43,320 bases of DNA. Source: an uncultured Syntrophaceae bacterium (GTDB lineage: Bacteria > Desulfobacterota > Desulfomonilia > Desulfomonilales > Desulfomonilaceae). Numbering within the stretch: the stretch's first letter is position 1; the number at the start of each line of letters is the position of its first letter. The notes under the pieces were generated by a model, which made no database searches, was not told the DNA's origin, and saw only the letters and a list, made by a program, of their open reading frames with translations. Shown piece by piece: positions 8,172 to 16,970 of the stretch. The position numbers and the translations under genes were made by a program. Location of the stretch: assembly GCA_964613745.1 (NCBI GenBank), contig CAZTJA010000014.1:1-43320 (forward strand), in the 5' to 3' direction.

Positions 8172-9680
8172 ATGGGTAGCGCTATTTTCCTTATGCTGAT
8201 TCTCTTCTTTATGCTCATGCTGATCTTTTGGCTTTTTGTCAGCAGGTATAAGAGATGCCCGTCCAACCGAATTCTGGTCATTTACGGCAGCACTGGAAAA
8301 GGTGCCGCCAAATGCGTTCACGGTGGCGCCGCTTTTGTGTGGCCGGTGTTGCAGTCGTTTTCTTGGCTTGAGTTAGAACCCTTCGTGGTGCCTATCGAAT
8401 TGACCAGCGCACTCTCCCGAGAAAACATTAGAGTCTCAGTTCCGACAACCGTTACTGCAGCAATCAGCACCGATGAGGGCATTATGCAGAATGCGGCGGT
8501 GAGGCTCCTGGGTCAAAGTATGGATGATGTCAAAAAGCAGGCCCAGGATATCATTCTGGGTCAAATGCGAGCGGTTATTGCAACGATGCAGATCGAAGAG
8601 ATAAACCGTGACCGTCAGGCCTTTATGGCTAAGGTGAATGAAGCGGTCTCTGTGGAACTTGAAAAGATTGGATTACAGGTCATAAATGTCAATATTAAGG
8701 ATATTGAGGACGACAGCGGATATATTCAAGCTTTAGGTCGGAAAGCGGCCGCTGAGGCCATCAATCAAGCCCTAATTGATGTTGCCGAACAGGAGAAGCT
8801 TGGGAAAATCGGCGTTGCTGAACGAGATCGAGATCAGCGTAAAGCAGTAGCAGGGGCCAATTCCGAGGCATCGATCGGGGAGGCGGAAGCCGAGAGGGAC
8901 AAGAGGTCCGCGATAGCGGCCGCAAACGCCACGGCTTCGATAGGTGAAGCTCAGGCGGAAAGGGACCGAAGGCAGCAAACCTCCGTTTTGGATGCTCAGG
9001 CCGTTGAGACGGAAACCAACGCAAATGCCAGTAAAGCAGGCTTTCAAGCAGGACAAAAGGTGGCCGAAGAAGAAGCTCGAGCCCGGGGTCAAGCTGCTGC
9101 CGAAAAAGCTGACGGTTCTATTCGAGCATCTCGCGAAGAAGCTCAAAAGGTTGCTGAAGAAGCAAAGGGTCGCAGAGAGCAGGCAAGATTATATGCGGAG
9201 ATAGTTGTGCCTGCGGATGCAGCAAAACAGAAGGCTATCGTCGAGGCCGAAGCGGAAAAACAGCGACAAATTTTGATAGCATCCGCTGAAGCTGAAGCGG
9301 TGTTATTGAAAATGGAGGCTGAAGCCAAAGGTACTCAATCTGTTTTGGATGGGAAAGCCGCCGGTTATAAATCACTCGTCGAAGCTTGCAACAACGATCC
9401 TTCCGTTACGGCAGCTCTATTACTCGTGGAGAAATTTACCGAAATTGCAAAGATTCAGACGGATGCGGTGAAGAACCTGCCGTTGGAGAAACTGATTGTG
9501 TGGGACAGCGGAGGCAATGGCGGAGTATCGGATTTAGGGAAGAAATTGATGGGTGTTGTGCCGCCTATGCATGAATTGGCAAGGATGGCCGGATTGGAAC
9601 TCCCTGAATATTTGGGAAAAACCACGCTGACTTCGAAGCCCATGGAAATCACCAAGACGGAAACGGCAAAAAAAAGTTAA
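8172..9680 (+). CDS. Flotillin / SPFH-domain (band 7) protein
   Basis: N-terminal TM and an SPFH domain, then a long Ala/Glu-rich coiled-coil with repeated A-E-A motifs. The C-terminal flotillin region is also present. Confidence 0.85.
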   Translation: MGSAIFLMLILFFMLMLIFWLFVSRYKRCPSNRILVIYGSTGKGAAKCVHGGAAFVWPVLQSFSWLELEPFVVPIELTSALSRENIRVSVPTTVTAAISTDEGIMQNAAVRLLGQSMDDVKKQAQDIILGQMRAVIATMQIEEINRDRQAFMAKVNEAVSVELEKIGLQVINVNIKDIEDDSGYIQALGRKAAAEAINQALIDVAEQEKLGKIGVAERDRDQRKAVAGANSEASIGEAEAERDKRSAIAAANATASIGEAQAERDRRQQTSVLDAQAVETETNANASKAGFQAGQKVAEEEARARGQAAAEKADGSIRASREEAQKVAEEAKGRREQARLYAEIVVPADAAKQKAIVEAEAEKQRQILIASAEAEAVLLKMEAEAKGTQSVLDGKAAGYKSLVEACNNDPSVTAALLLVEKFTEIAKIQTDAVKNLPLEKLIVWDSGGNGGVSDLGKKLMGVVPPMHELARMAGLELPEYLGKTTLTSKPMEITKTETAKKS

Positions 9681-9761
9681 TACAATGACCCAAACGTTTT
9701 CAGGTTCCATTTTTGTGATTAACATCTACTTACGATATGGAGAATTTCGTGAAAGGAGCGG

Positions 9762-10268
9762 ATGGTGAGCGACAAGCTTATAAAGATATTCGAGTATGCC
9801 CTTAACCAGGAGAAAACGGGCATGAGTTTTTTCAAAAGCTCTTTGGACCGAATGGGCATAGGAGCTGCCGTTTCGGCATTTGAAAAGCTCATTCAAGAGG
9901 AACAGAGGCATATAAGTTTTCTGAACTCCATTATAAGTAATTTACGGGAATCAGGAGAGATCAAGTTGGACGAAACCATCACTGAATCTGTTTCAGGAAC
10001 AAACTTTTTTGATGAAAGAGCCAAAAAAGAATTTCTTGAACAATGTTTAGAAGGGTCCATGGTGCCTGATGTAACCGTCTTCAATACCGCATGGCTGATT
10101 GAGAAGGATTTGAGTGAGTTCTACGCGGACATGGCATCGAAAACCGAAGGTCCTGCTAAGGACGCATTACAGATGCTTTCCAAATGGGAACACGAACACG
10201 AGAAATTTTTCAGGGAATATCGCGATCAGCTGAACAAAGTCTATTCTCAGATGCCTTGGGGCGGTTGA
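9762..10268 (+). CDS. Ferritin-like / rubrerythrin-like diiron four-helix-bundle protein
   Basis: Two E-x-x-H motifs spaced like ferritin-like diiron sites (EEQRH and EHEHEKFF). Start preceded by the RBS AAAGGAG. 168 aa. Confidence 0.5.
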   Translation: MVSDKLIKIFEYALNQEKTGMSFFKSSLDRMGIGAAVSAFEKLIQEEQRHISFLNSIISNLRESGEIKLDETITESVSGTNFFDERAKKEFLEQCLEGSMVPDVTVFNTAWLIEKDLSEFYADMASKTEGPAKDALQMLSKWEHEHEKFFREYRDQLNKVYSQMPWGG

Positions 10269-10276
10269 TCTTAAAA

Positions 10277-11767
10277 ATGACCTCAATCGAGTACCACAAT
10301 AAAACCTCTTACAATCGAAACCGCATGTCAGGGCATCACCTGGATTGGTACAATCAGCCTTCCGTGTTTAAGATGTACGAAGGTTTCGAGCGTCTGGAGT
10401 TACCGATTTGTTCGGAATGGCCCAAGACTGATCATGACGAACTTTTTTTTACGAACGTAACGGGTGCTCCGACCCGGAAAGTTGATCTTCAAGTTCTCGC
10501 CGAAATCTTTCAACTGACGCATTCCATCACCGCTCGCTCAAAGCAAGGAGGGCAGGAATTTTATTTCAGGAGTGTAGCGTCGGCGGGGGCATTGTATCCT
10601 TTTGAAATGTACATGTACTGTGCGGGATTACCCGATGTCGAGCAAGGCCTGTACTACCACGATGTTGCTCATCAACACTTGGTGCGTCTCAGACGAGGAA
10701 GGTTGCGCACCGAGCCTGTTCATCTCCTGACTCGCACCCCGGACACTCCTCCGTCCCTGATGATCATATTAACTTCCATTTTTTATCGAAGTTCCTGGAA
10801 ATACAGGGACAGAGCGTACAGGTACCACCTTCTGGATACCGGCCATTTTCTCGAGAACCTCGTTCAAGCTCTGAATCTGTTTCGTGTACAGCATACAATA
10901 CACTATGATTTCAATGATACCGAACTGAATGAATGCTTAGGAATAGACCCATTAAAAGAAAGAAGCCTCGTAGCAGTTTGTATTCCCGGCGATTCACTGG
11001 AACACGAAAATGACTCGACTAACCCCGTAGACGATTCAGATCTGAGGAAGTACTCCGGAACCGCAGCAAAGGAAGAGAATTATTCCACAATTTTGGAAGC
11101 CTATGAAGAGTCGGAAGGAAATATCACGGCTTCCGCCAAGGGTTCCGCATTGAGGCAAATTGACCTAAAAGCTCAAGGAAATCAGCTTTTTTCGCAAAAC
11201 CGCCTCGGTTCCGTGATGACCTATGCGGAATCCGTCTTTAAACGGAGATCATTACGGAATTATGTCCACGGCGAAATGGCTCCAAATGCAGTTGGCGGAC
11301 TCCTAAATCTGATTAGTGCGGACGCCGATTCGTTTGAGCATAGTCTTGACGAGACTCTCGTCTGTGGCTTCTTGGAAGGCAAAGGGTCAGGCATCGAGCC
11401 CGGTTTCTACTTGATAAATCGCAAAGAACGAACATTTGGTTATGTATGTCATGGAGACTTTGTTTCTCCTATGACTCGAATTTGCCTTGAACAGGACTGG
11501 CTTGCGAAATGCTCACTTCATTTCGTTTTTATTTCTGATCTTAAAGCGGTCCAGGAGAATTTTGGATCCCGTGGCTACAGATATGCGATGATTTCCGCAG
11601 GAAGACTGGGTCAACGACTTTATGTGGCTTGCACATCAATAAAACAGGGCGCTTGCGGAATAGGCGCGTTTTATGACTCTGAAGCTGCGAACTTGTTGGG
11701 GCTCGGTGAGTCAGGTAGAATGCTGTATCTCGTTGGGGCGGGCCCAATTAGAAAATGGACGTGGTGA
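10277..11767 (+). CDS. SagB-type dehydrogenase domain protein (nitroreductase superfamily, two-lobed)
   Basis: N-terminal MTSIEYHNKTSY...LDWYNQPSVFKMY is characteristic of SagB/ThcOx-type proteins. Start reassigned from the listed 10184 to the ATG at 10277, just after the stop of the preceding gene. Confidence 0.75.
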   Translation: MTSIEYHNKTSYNRNRMSGHHLDWYNQPSVFKMYEGFERLELPICSEWPKTDHDELFFTNVTGAPTRKVDLQVLAEIFQLTHSITARSKQGGQEFYFRSVASAGALYPFEMYMYCAGLPDVEQGLYYHDVAHQHLVRLRRGRLRTEPVHLLTRTPDTPPSLMIILTSIFYRSSWKYRDRAYRYHLLDTGHFLENLVQALNLFRVQHTIHYDFNDTELNECLGIDPLKERSLVAVCIPGDSLEHENDSTNPVDDSDLRKYSGTAAKEENYSTILEAYEESEGNITASAKGSALRQIDLKAQGNQLFSQNRLGSVMTYAESVFKRRSLRNYVHGEMAPNAVGGLLNLISADADSFEHSLDETLVCGFLEGKGSGIEPGFYLINRKERTFGYVCHGDFVSPMTRICLEQDWLAKCSLHFVFISDLKAVQENFGSRGYRYAMISAGRLGQRLYVACTSIKQGACGIGAFYDSEAANLLGLGESGRMLYLVGAGPIRKWTW

Positions 11768-11933
11768 CTGTACCGAAAGTTGATTACGATTCGAAAATCC
11801 GCCTTGTCGCTTGCTTTTAGCTTCATTGAACATCAATTCTCAGTTTTACAATGTTTACAAGTATACTCATCGCCTTGAATTTCCTATATATTCGGATAGA
11901 ATGTCTAGATCCGAATTATAAATAGGTAACCAC

Positions 11934-14267
11934 TTGTCACAGAGCGCGATTAACAAAACGTCCCGTAATAAGCGGATACGATTAGAAATACAGCTTTCAG
12001 GGATACTGCAAGGCATTGGGTTCCGTCCTACGGTATTTCGTTTGGCGTCGGAGCTGAATATAGGTGGCTGGGTACTGAATAGCTCTGACGGCGTCAAAAT
12101 GGAAATCGAGGGATTCACTGATTGTTGTGAGCTATTCATCAAGAGATTGAGAGAAGAGATTCCTAGCCCTGGGCGAATAGAAACTTACAAAGAAAGTAGA
12201 TTAGCGCCCTGCAATGATTATGAATTTCGCATTGTGGAAAGTATTGGTGGAAAAAGGGGCATAACCCCGATTCCCCCGGACGTTGCAGTGTGTAGACATT
12301 GCCTCACGGACCTTTTTAATCCTCATAACAGGCGATACCTTTATCCTTTTACCACATGCACCTTGTGTGGCCCGCGGTTTAGTGTAGTGAGATCGTTTCC
12401 ATACGATCGTAGCCGGACCAGCATGGCCGATTTCAAGATGTGTCCGGAATGTGAAAGAGAATACTCGAATCCGTTCGACCGCAGATTCCATTCACAGACG
12501 AATTCGTGTTCCAAGTGTGGCCCAAGGCTCACACTTACCGACTCAACGGGTACTCCTATTTGTTGCGATCCCATTAAAGGAACAATTGAATATCTTAGGT
12601 CCGGAAAGATCGTTGCAATAAAAGGAATTGGTGGATTTCATCTCGCTTGCAACGCCCTGGATTTTAATGCAGTCGATACGCTCAGGACCAGAAAAGGCCG
12701 TGGAGAAAAACCTTTTGCGGTTATGGCAAAAGATATCAGCAAAGCGCGTGAATTTTGCCGTATCGACAGCATTGAAGAGGAGCTTTTAATGTCCCCGCTT
12801 TCACCTATTGTTTTATTAGAGCGGGGCAATAGACGAGCAGCCTCCAATGTCGCTCCCGGTGTCGGGACCTTGGGCTTGATGCTGCCATATTCACCTCTGC
12901 ATCATCTGTTGTTCAACTATCCGGAAATTGATAAAACCGATGGCCTTGAGTTGCTTGTAATGACCTCGGCGAACAGATCCGAAGAGCCCATAGTCAAGGA
13001 CAACATTGAAGCTTTTGAGCGGCTTGGGGATCTCGTTGACGCAATACTGTACCATGACCGGGAAATAGTGCAGAGAGCCGATGATTCGATTTTTCGAGTC
13101 ATTGCAGGAAAGCCCGTGGTGATTAGAAGATCGAGGGGCTTGGTTCCAGAGACTTTAAAGGTTTCACCCGATTCGGAATTGTTTGAGCCGGTTATTCTCG
13201 GGACCGGCGGTGATCTTAAGAATGCTCCTGCAATTTTTATGGGCGGCAGAATCGTACCAGGCCCTCACGTTGGAGACCTTGCATCGCCTATAGCGCAGGA
13301 TTTTTTCGGCAAGTCAGTGTCCACTTTAACGGAATACCTGGAGGCAACACCCAGAATTGCCGCCATCGATCCGCATCCTGAGTATTTCAGCAGCAATTTC
13401 TCGGATCAGGCCGGGATGGAGACTGTACGCGTGTACCATCATCATGCTCATGCAGCAGGACTCTTAGCCGAGCATGGTCTAGATGGGCCGGCTATCGTCG
13501 CAACCTTCGATGGAACCGGATTTGGAGTGGATGGAACAATTTGGGGTGGTGAGTTCCTTCTATGCGACTTGAAGAATTTTACTCGTGTGGCCTTTTTTGC
13601 TCCATTTCATCTGACGGGCGGCGAATCGGGTATCCGAGAACCAATAAGGATTGCCGCGGGATTGCTCGCTCATAATTTTCTTTTACCGCAAGAATTCGAG
13701 AGTCTGTTTGAAGACCACGGGAAAAATGTTTCGTACTGGCTGAAAGCGGCGGCAAAGGGCATAAACTCTCCCATGACTTCGTCTGCAGGTCGTCTTTTCG
13801 ATGCAGCCGCTGCGGTGATCGGCTTTAAAAGGAAGATCAATTATGAAGGACAGGCCGCCATGTGGCTGGAGTCGCTTGCCGATACACGGGAGTTGAGTGA
13901 ATATGGATATAAGATACTGAAATCCGAAGTGTGGCAAATAGATTCACACTCATTGATTCGAGCCGTAGCTCGTGACATTATGAGCGGCGTTTCTCCCGGA
14001 ATTGTTTCAGCCAAGTTTCACAATACGATCGCACGAGTTACCGTGGACATCCTCAGGGAATTAGCCGACAAGTATTCTATTCAGTTGATCGGCATTTCCG
14101 GCGGTTGTTTTCAAAACAGGTTGCTGACCGAGAGAATCGTTGAATATTTGGCCGGATCCGATCTGACGCTGCTTACACACGGAGCGGTGCCTCCTAATGA
14201 CGGCGGCCTTGCAATAGGCCAAGTAGTGGTCGCGTTAAAAACAATGAACTGCAGAACCGAGGAATAA
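11934..14267 (+). CDS. hypF: [NiFe]-hydrogenase maturation carbamoyltransferase HypF
   Basis: Acylphosphatase domain, two Zn-finger pairs (CRHCLTDLFNP...CTLCGPRFS and CPECEREYSNP...CSKCGPRL), a YrdC domain and a Kae1-like domain. The start at 11934 is a TTG and is uncertain. Confidence 0.9.
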   Translation: MSQSAINKTSRNKRIRLEIQLSGILQGIGFRPTVFRLASELNIGGWVLNSSDGVKMEIEGFTDCCELFIKRLREEIPSPGRIETYKESRLAPCNDYEFRIVESIGGKRGITPIPPDVAVCRHCLTDLFNPHNRRYLYPFTTCTLCGPRFSVVRSFPYDRSRTSMADFKMCPECEREYSNPFDRRFHSQTNSCSKCGPRLTLTDSTGTPICCDPIKGTIEYLRSGKIVAIKGIGGFHLACNALDFNAVDTLRTRKGRGEKPFAVMAKDISKAREFCRIDSIEEELLMSPLSPIVLLERGNRRAASNVAPGVGTLGLMLPYSPLHHLLFNYPEIDKTDGLELLVMTSANRSEEPIVKDNIEAFERLGDLVDAILYHDREIVQRADDSIFRVIAGKPVVIRRSRGLVPETLKVSPDSELFEPVILGTGGDLKNAPAIFMGGRIVPGPHVGDLASPIAQDFFGKSVSTLTEYLEATPRIAAIDPHPEYFSSNFSDQAGMETVRVYHHHAHAAGLLAEHGLDGPAIVATFDGTGFGVDGTIWGGEFLLCDLKNFTRVAFFAPFHLTGGESGIREPIRIAAGLLAHNFLLPQEFESLFEDHGKNVSYWLKAAAKGINSPMTSSAGRLFDAAAAVIGFKRKINYEGQAAMWLESLADTRELSEYGYKILKSEVWQIDSHSLIRAVARDIMSGVSPGIVSAKFHNTIARVTVDILRELADKYSIQLIGISGGCFQNRLLTERIVEYLAGSDLTLLTHGAVPPNDGGLAIGQVVVALKTMNCRTEE

Positions 14268-14269
14268 TA

Positions 14270-14509
14270 ATGTGTTTAGCTGTTCCTATGAAGCTCACGG
14301 AAATTGTGGGTGAAGGTGTTGGCCGAGTTGATACCGGAGGAGTCAAGACGGAAGTGAGCCTCATGATGGTTCCTCATGCAAAAATAGGGGATTACCTGAT
14401 TATTCATGCGGGTTTCGGAATAGAGGTTCTCGACAATTCGGAAGCTGATGAGAGAATTAAGATATTTCATGAACTAGCGGAAGCAACTGCCGGTTTGGAG
14501 GATAATTGA
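14270..14509 (+). CDS. hypC: Hydrogenase maturation factor HypC
   Basis: 79 aa with the characteristic MCLAVPMK N-terminus. Confidence 0.9.
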   Translation: MCLAVPMKLTEIVGEGVGRVDTGGVKTEVSLMMVPHAKIGDYLIIHAGFGIEVLDNSEADERIKIFHELAEATAGLEDN

Positions 14510-15585
14510 AGGCGACAGTAGAGAACCGAGCAGCCCGGTCATTAATTAATGAAATCAATGCGCATGCTCTGAAAGCCGGCAGAATCCTGAAATTCATGGA
14601 AGTCTGCGGAACTCATACCATGGCCGTCCACGCGGCAGGTTTAAAATCCGTATTCCCGGAAAACGTCAAACTCGTTTCAGGTCCGGGGTGCCCAGTGTGC
14701 GTGACGGAAAAAAAGTTTATTGATCACTCAATTCTCGTTGCTCGACGCTACGACGCCTGCCTGGTGACGTTTGGTGATCTGCTTCGAGTCCCAGGGTCTT
14801 TGGGGAGTCTTTCCCAGTTCAGATCGGAAGGTGGTTCGGTAAAGATTATTTATTCGCCCATGGATTCTCTTGCAATCGCCAAAGAGCATGGCTCTAAACC
14901 GGTCGTTTTTTTGGGAGTGGGCTTTGAAACGACAATTCCGACAATTGCAGCAACGGTGAAGAGTGCGGCTGCACAGAACATACAAAATTTTTACGTGCTG
15001 CCTGCTTTTAAAACCATTCATGAGCCGTTGAAGACTTTAGCCGATAAACAAGATTTGGATGGATTTCTCTTACCCGGCCATGTTTCCGCAATACTTGGCT
15101 CCGACTCATTCGGCTACTTAGTCCGGGACTTCCGAAAACCCGGTGTTGTGGCAGGATTTGAACCTTTGGACATTTTGCTGGCGATGAAGGACTTGGTGCG
15201 GATCACCGTTTCGGGATGTCCGGAGATCGTAAACGATTACAGGCGGGTTGTGCGGGACAAGGGAAATGAGACTGCGCAGACAATTATTTACGACGTGTTC
15301 GAACCTGCGGACGCATCATGGCGCGGATTGGGAATAATACCCGACAGCGGCTTACGTTTCGGTCCAAGGTATGAAGCATTTGATGCCGGTGTGAAGTTCC
15401 CGGTGGAAGTTCCCGATTCCCAGGATGATCCAAGGTGCAAATGCGCCGCCATAATTACGGGAAGTAAAACGCCAAACCAATGTGGACTGTTTGGGCGAGA
15501 ATGCACTCCGGAAGAGCCGATCGGGCCGTGCATGGTTTCATCAGAAGGGACATGCGCCGCATATTACAAATACGGAGCGGCATGA
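14506..15585 (+). CDS. hypD: Hydrogenase maturation factor HypD
   Basis: HypD motifs (GPGCPVC, CGTHTMA, C-terminal CxxC pairs). Overlaps the hypC stop by 4 nt. Confidence 0.9.
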   Translation: MKATVENRAARSLINEINAHALKAGRILKFMEVCGTHTMAVHAAGLKSVFPENVKLVSGPGCPVCVTEKKFIDHSILVARRYDACLVTFGDLLRVPGSLGSLSQFRSEGGSVKIIYSPMDSLAIAKEHGSKPVVFLGVGFETTIPTIAATVKSAAAQNIQNFYVLPAFKTIHEPLKTLADKQDLDGFLLPGHVSAILGSDSFGYLVRDFRKPGVVAGFEPLDILLAMKDLVRITVSGCPEIVNDYRRVVRDKGNETAQTIIYDVFEPADASWRGLGIIPDSGLRFGPRYEAFDAGVKFPVEVPDSQDDPRCKCAAIITGSKTPNQCGLFGRECTPEEPIGPCMVSSEGTCAAYYKYGAA

Positions 15586-16607
15586 CAATGTCCGGATCAT
15601 CCGAAAAAACAGTTTTGATGGGACATGGCGGGGGGGGCAAGATGACCGGCCGCCTCATTCGTGATCTCATTTTGCCGAATCTCAATAGAGGAAGATTGGG
15701 GAAGCTCCCGGACTCGGTGGTTCTTGATAACTTCGGACAAAAATTGGCCTACACAACAGATTCTTTTGTTGTTTCACCTCTTTTCTTTCCAGGGGGAGAC
15801 ATCGGGTGTCTTGCAGTGCACGGCACATGTAACGATCTTGCCTGTTCCGGGGCCCGTCCGCATTTCTTGTCGTTGGGGATGATTCTTGAGGAAGGGTTTT
15901 CTATGGAAAAATTAGAGAGAATCATTCGATCCATTTCGGCTGCTGCAGATGAAGCAGGGGTAGAAATCGTGACCGGGGACACCAAAGTAGTGCCGAAGGG
16001 AAGTGCCGACGGCATTTTCCTGAATACTTCCGGAATCGGCAAAGTTGAATCTATGTTCCCTCTTGGAACGGATCAGATTGAAGCGGGTGATCTTGTACTT
16101 GTCAGCGGACCTGTAGGGAATCACGGACTCGCCGTCATGCTCAGCAGGGCGGAATTCTCTTTTGATTTCGAACTGAAATCGGATTCACAATCTATCTGGC
16201 CCATTGTGGAAAAGCTGATTGAACTCGGCCCCGGCTTAAAGTTTCTCAGAGATCCGACTCGCGGAGGGATTGCTGCAACCCTGAATGAGATAGCATCATC
16301 CAGCGGTAAAGAAATTGAGGTAGATGAGGCTTCGATTCCGGTCGACGAATCCGTAGCAATGGCTTCCGATATTCTCGGCATTGATCCCTTGCAAGCAGCT
16401 AACGAAGGGAAAGTAATCGCCGTGGTTTCGGCCGAGTGTAAGAATTCGGTTATAGAAAAGCTATCGGGGTTGAAACAGGCCGAAGGTTTTGCTTTTGTGG
16501 GGGGCATTTCCGAGAAAAATTCTTCTAAAGTAATTCTTAAAACTCGAATCGGCGGCCGGCGTGTCTTGGCCGAACCTTCCGGGGAACTCCTGCCAAGAAT
16601 TTGCTGA
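15582..16607 (+). CDS. hypE: Hydrogenase maturation factor HypE (carbamoyl dehydratase)
   Basis: AIR-synthase-like fold ending in the conserved C-terminal PRIC. Start moved from the listed 15480 to the ATG at 15582, which overlaps the hypD stop (ATGA). Confidence 0.88.
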   Translation: MTMSGSSEKTVLMGHGGGGKMTGRLIRDLILPNLNRGRLGKLPDSVVLDNFGQKLAYTTDSFVVSPLFFPGGDIGCLAVHGTCNDLACSGARPHFLSLGMILEEGFSMEKLERIIRSISAAADEAGVEIVTGDTKVVPKGSADGIFLNTSGIGKVESMFPLGTDQIEAGDLVLVSGPVGNHGLAVMLSRAEFSFDFELKSDSQSIWPIVEKLIELGPGLKFLRDPTRGGIAATLNEIASSSGKEIEVDEASIPVDESVAMASDILGIDPLQAANEGKVIAVVSAECKNSVIEKLSGLKQAEGFAFVGGISEKNSSKVILKTRIGGRRVLAEPSGELLPRIC

Positions 16608-16652
16608 TCACCTTTTCTTTTTGAAACTTTTGGTCGTTCATAAAAAACAAAA

Positions 16653-16671
16653 GCCCGTCTATTAGACGGGC
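16653..16671 (-). terminator. Intrinsic terminator oriented on the minus strand (GCCCGTCT-atta-GACGGGC hairpin, U-run on the minus strand)
   Basis: Perfect 7-8 bp GC-rich stem. On the minus strand it is followed by TTTTGTTTTTT; on the plus strand only by tatataag. Confidence 0.5.
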
Positions 16672-16767
16672 TATATAAGAAGCGGCACATTCCGCATTGA
16701 ATCTCAGTTTGTTTTTGGGAGATCGATAAGAGCCCCCAGCGGCATCGGTCTCACGTTTGAAAATAAA

Positions 16768-16814
16768 GCCCGACCGATAGGGTCGAGCTGGGAGACGCCG
16801 TCATGCGGTCGGGC
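16768..16814 (-). terminator. Stem-loop / probable minus-strand terminator (GCCCGACC ... GGTCGGGC) with an alternative inner hairpin
   Basis: 8-bp GC-rich arms around a 31-nt loop. An inner CGACC-gatag-GGTCG hairpin competes for the 5' arm. On the minus strand a U-rich tail (TTTATTTT) follows. Confidence 0.45.
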
Positions 16815-16970
16815 TCACAAAAAACAGGTCATTTTGAAATTGGGTGAAATGCCCCAGTGTATACGCCTGGTCAATTCGGAATTCGATTGTTTTACCAATT
16901 TTTCCGTCTTTCCGAATTTTGTTATCATGACTTTCCCCAATTTCGATGACCTACCCAAATTCTTAGCTAC

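Noticed and set aside
8847-8976. Tandem repeat that could look like a CRISPR or mini-satellite
   Set aside because: The repeats are in-frame protein-level EA-repeats inside the flotillin coiled-coil, not spacer-separated direct repeats.
12201-13937. Minus-strand ORFs inside hypF (12201..12491, 12341..12574, 12638..12847, 12917..13102, 13683..13937)
   Set aside because: Antisense artefacts within a confidently identified hypF gene.
15480-15581. Longer listed hypE (15480) and thiE (34728) starts that overlap the upstream genes by 100-200 nt
   Set aside because: Internal ATGs overlapping the upstream stop codons (ATGA) give canonical protein lengths and N-termini.
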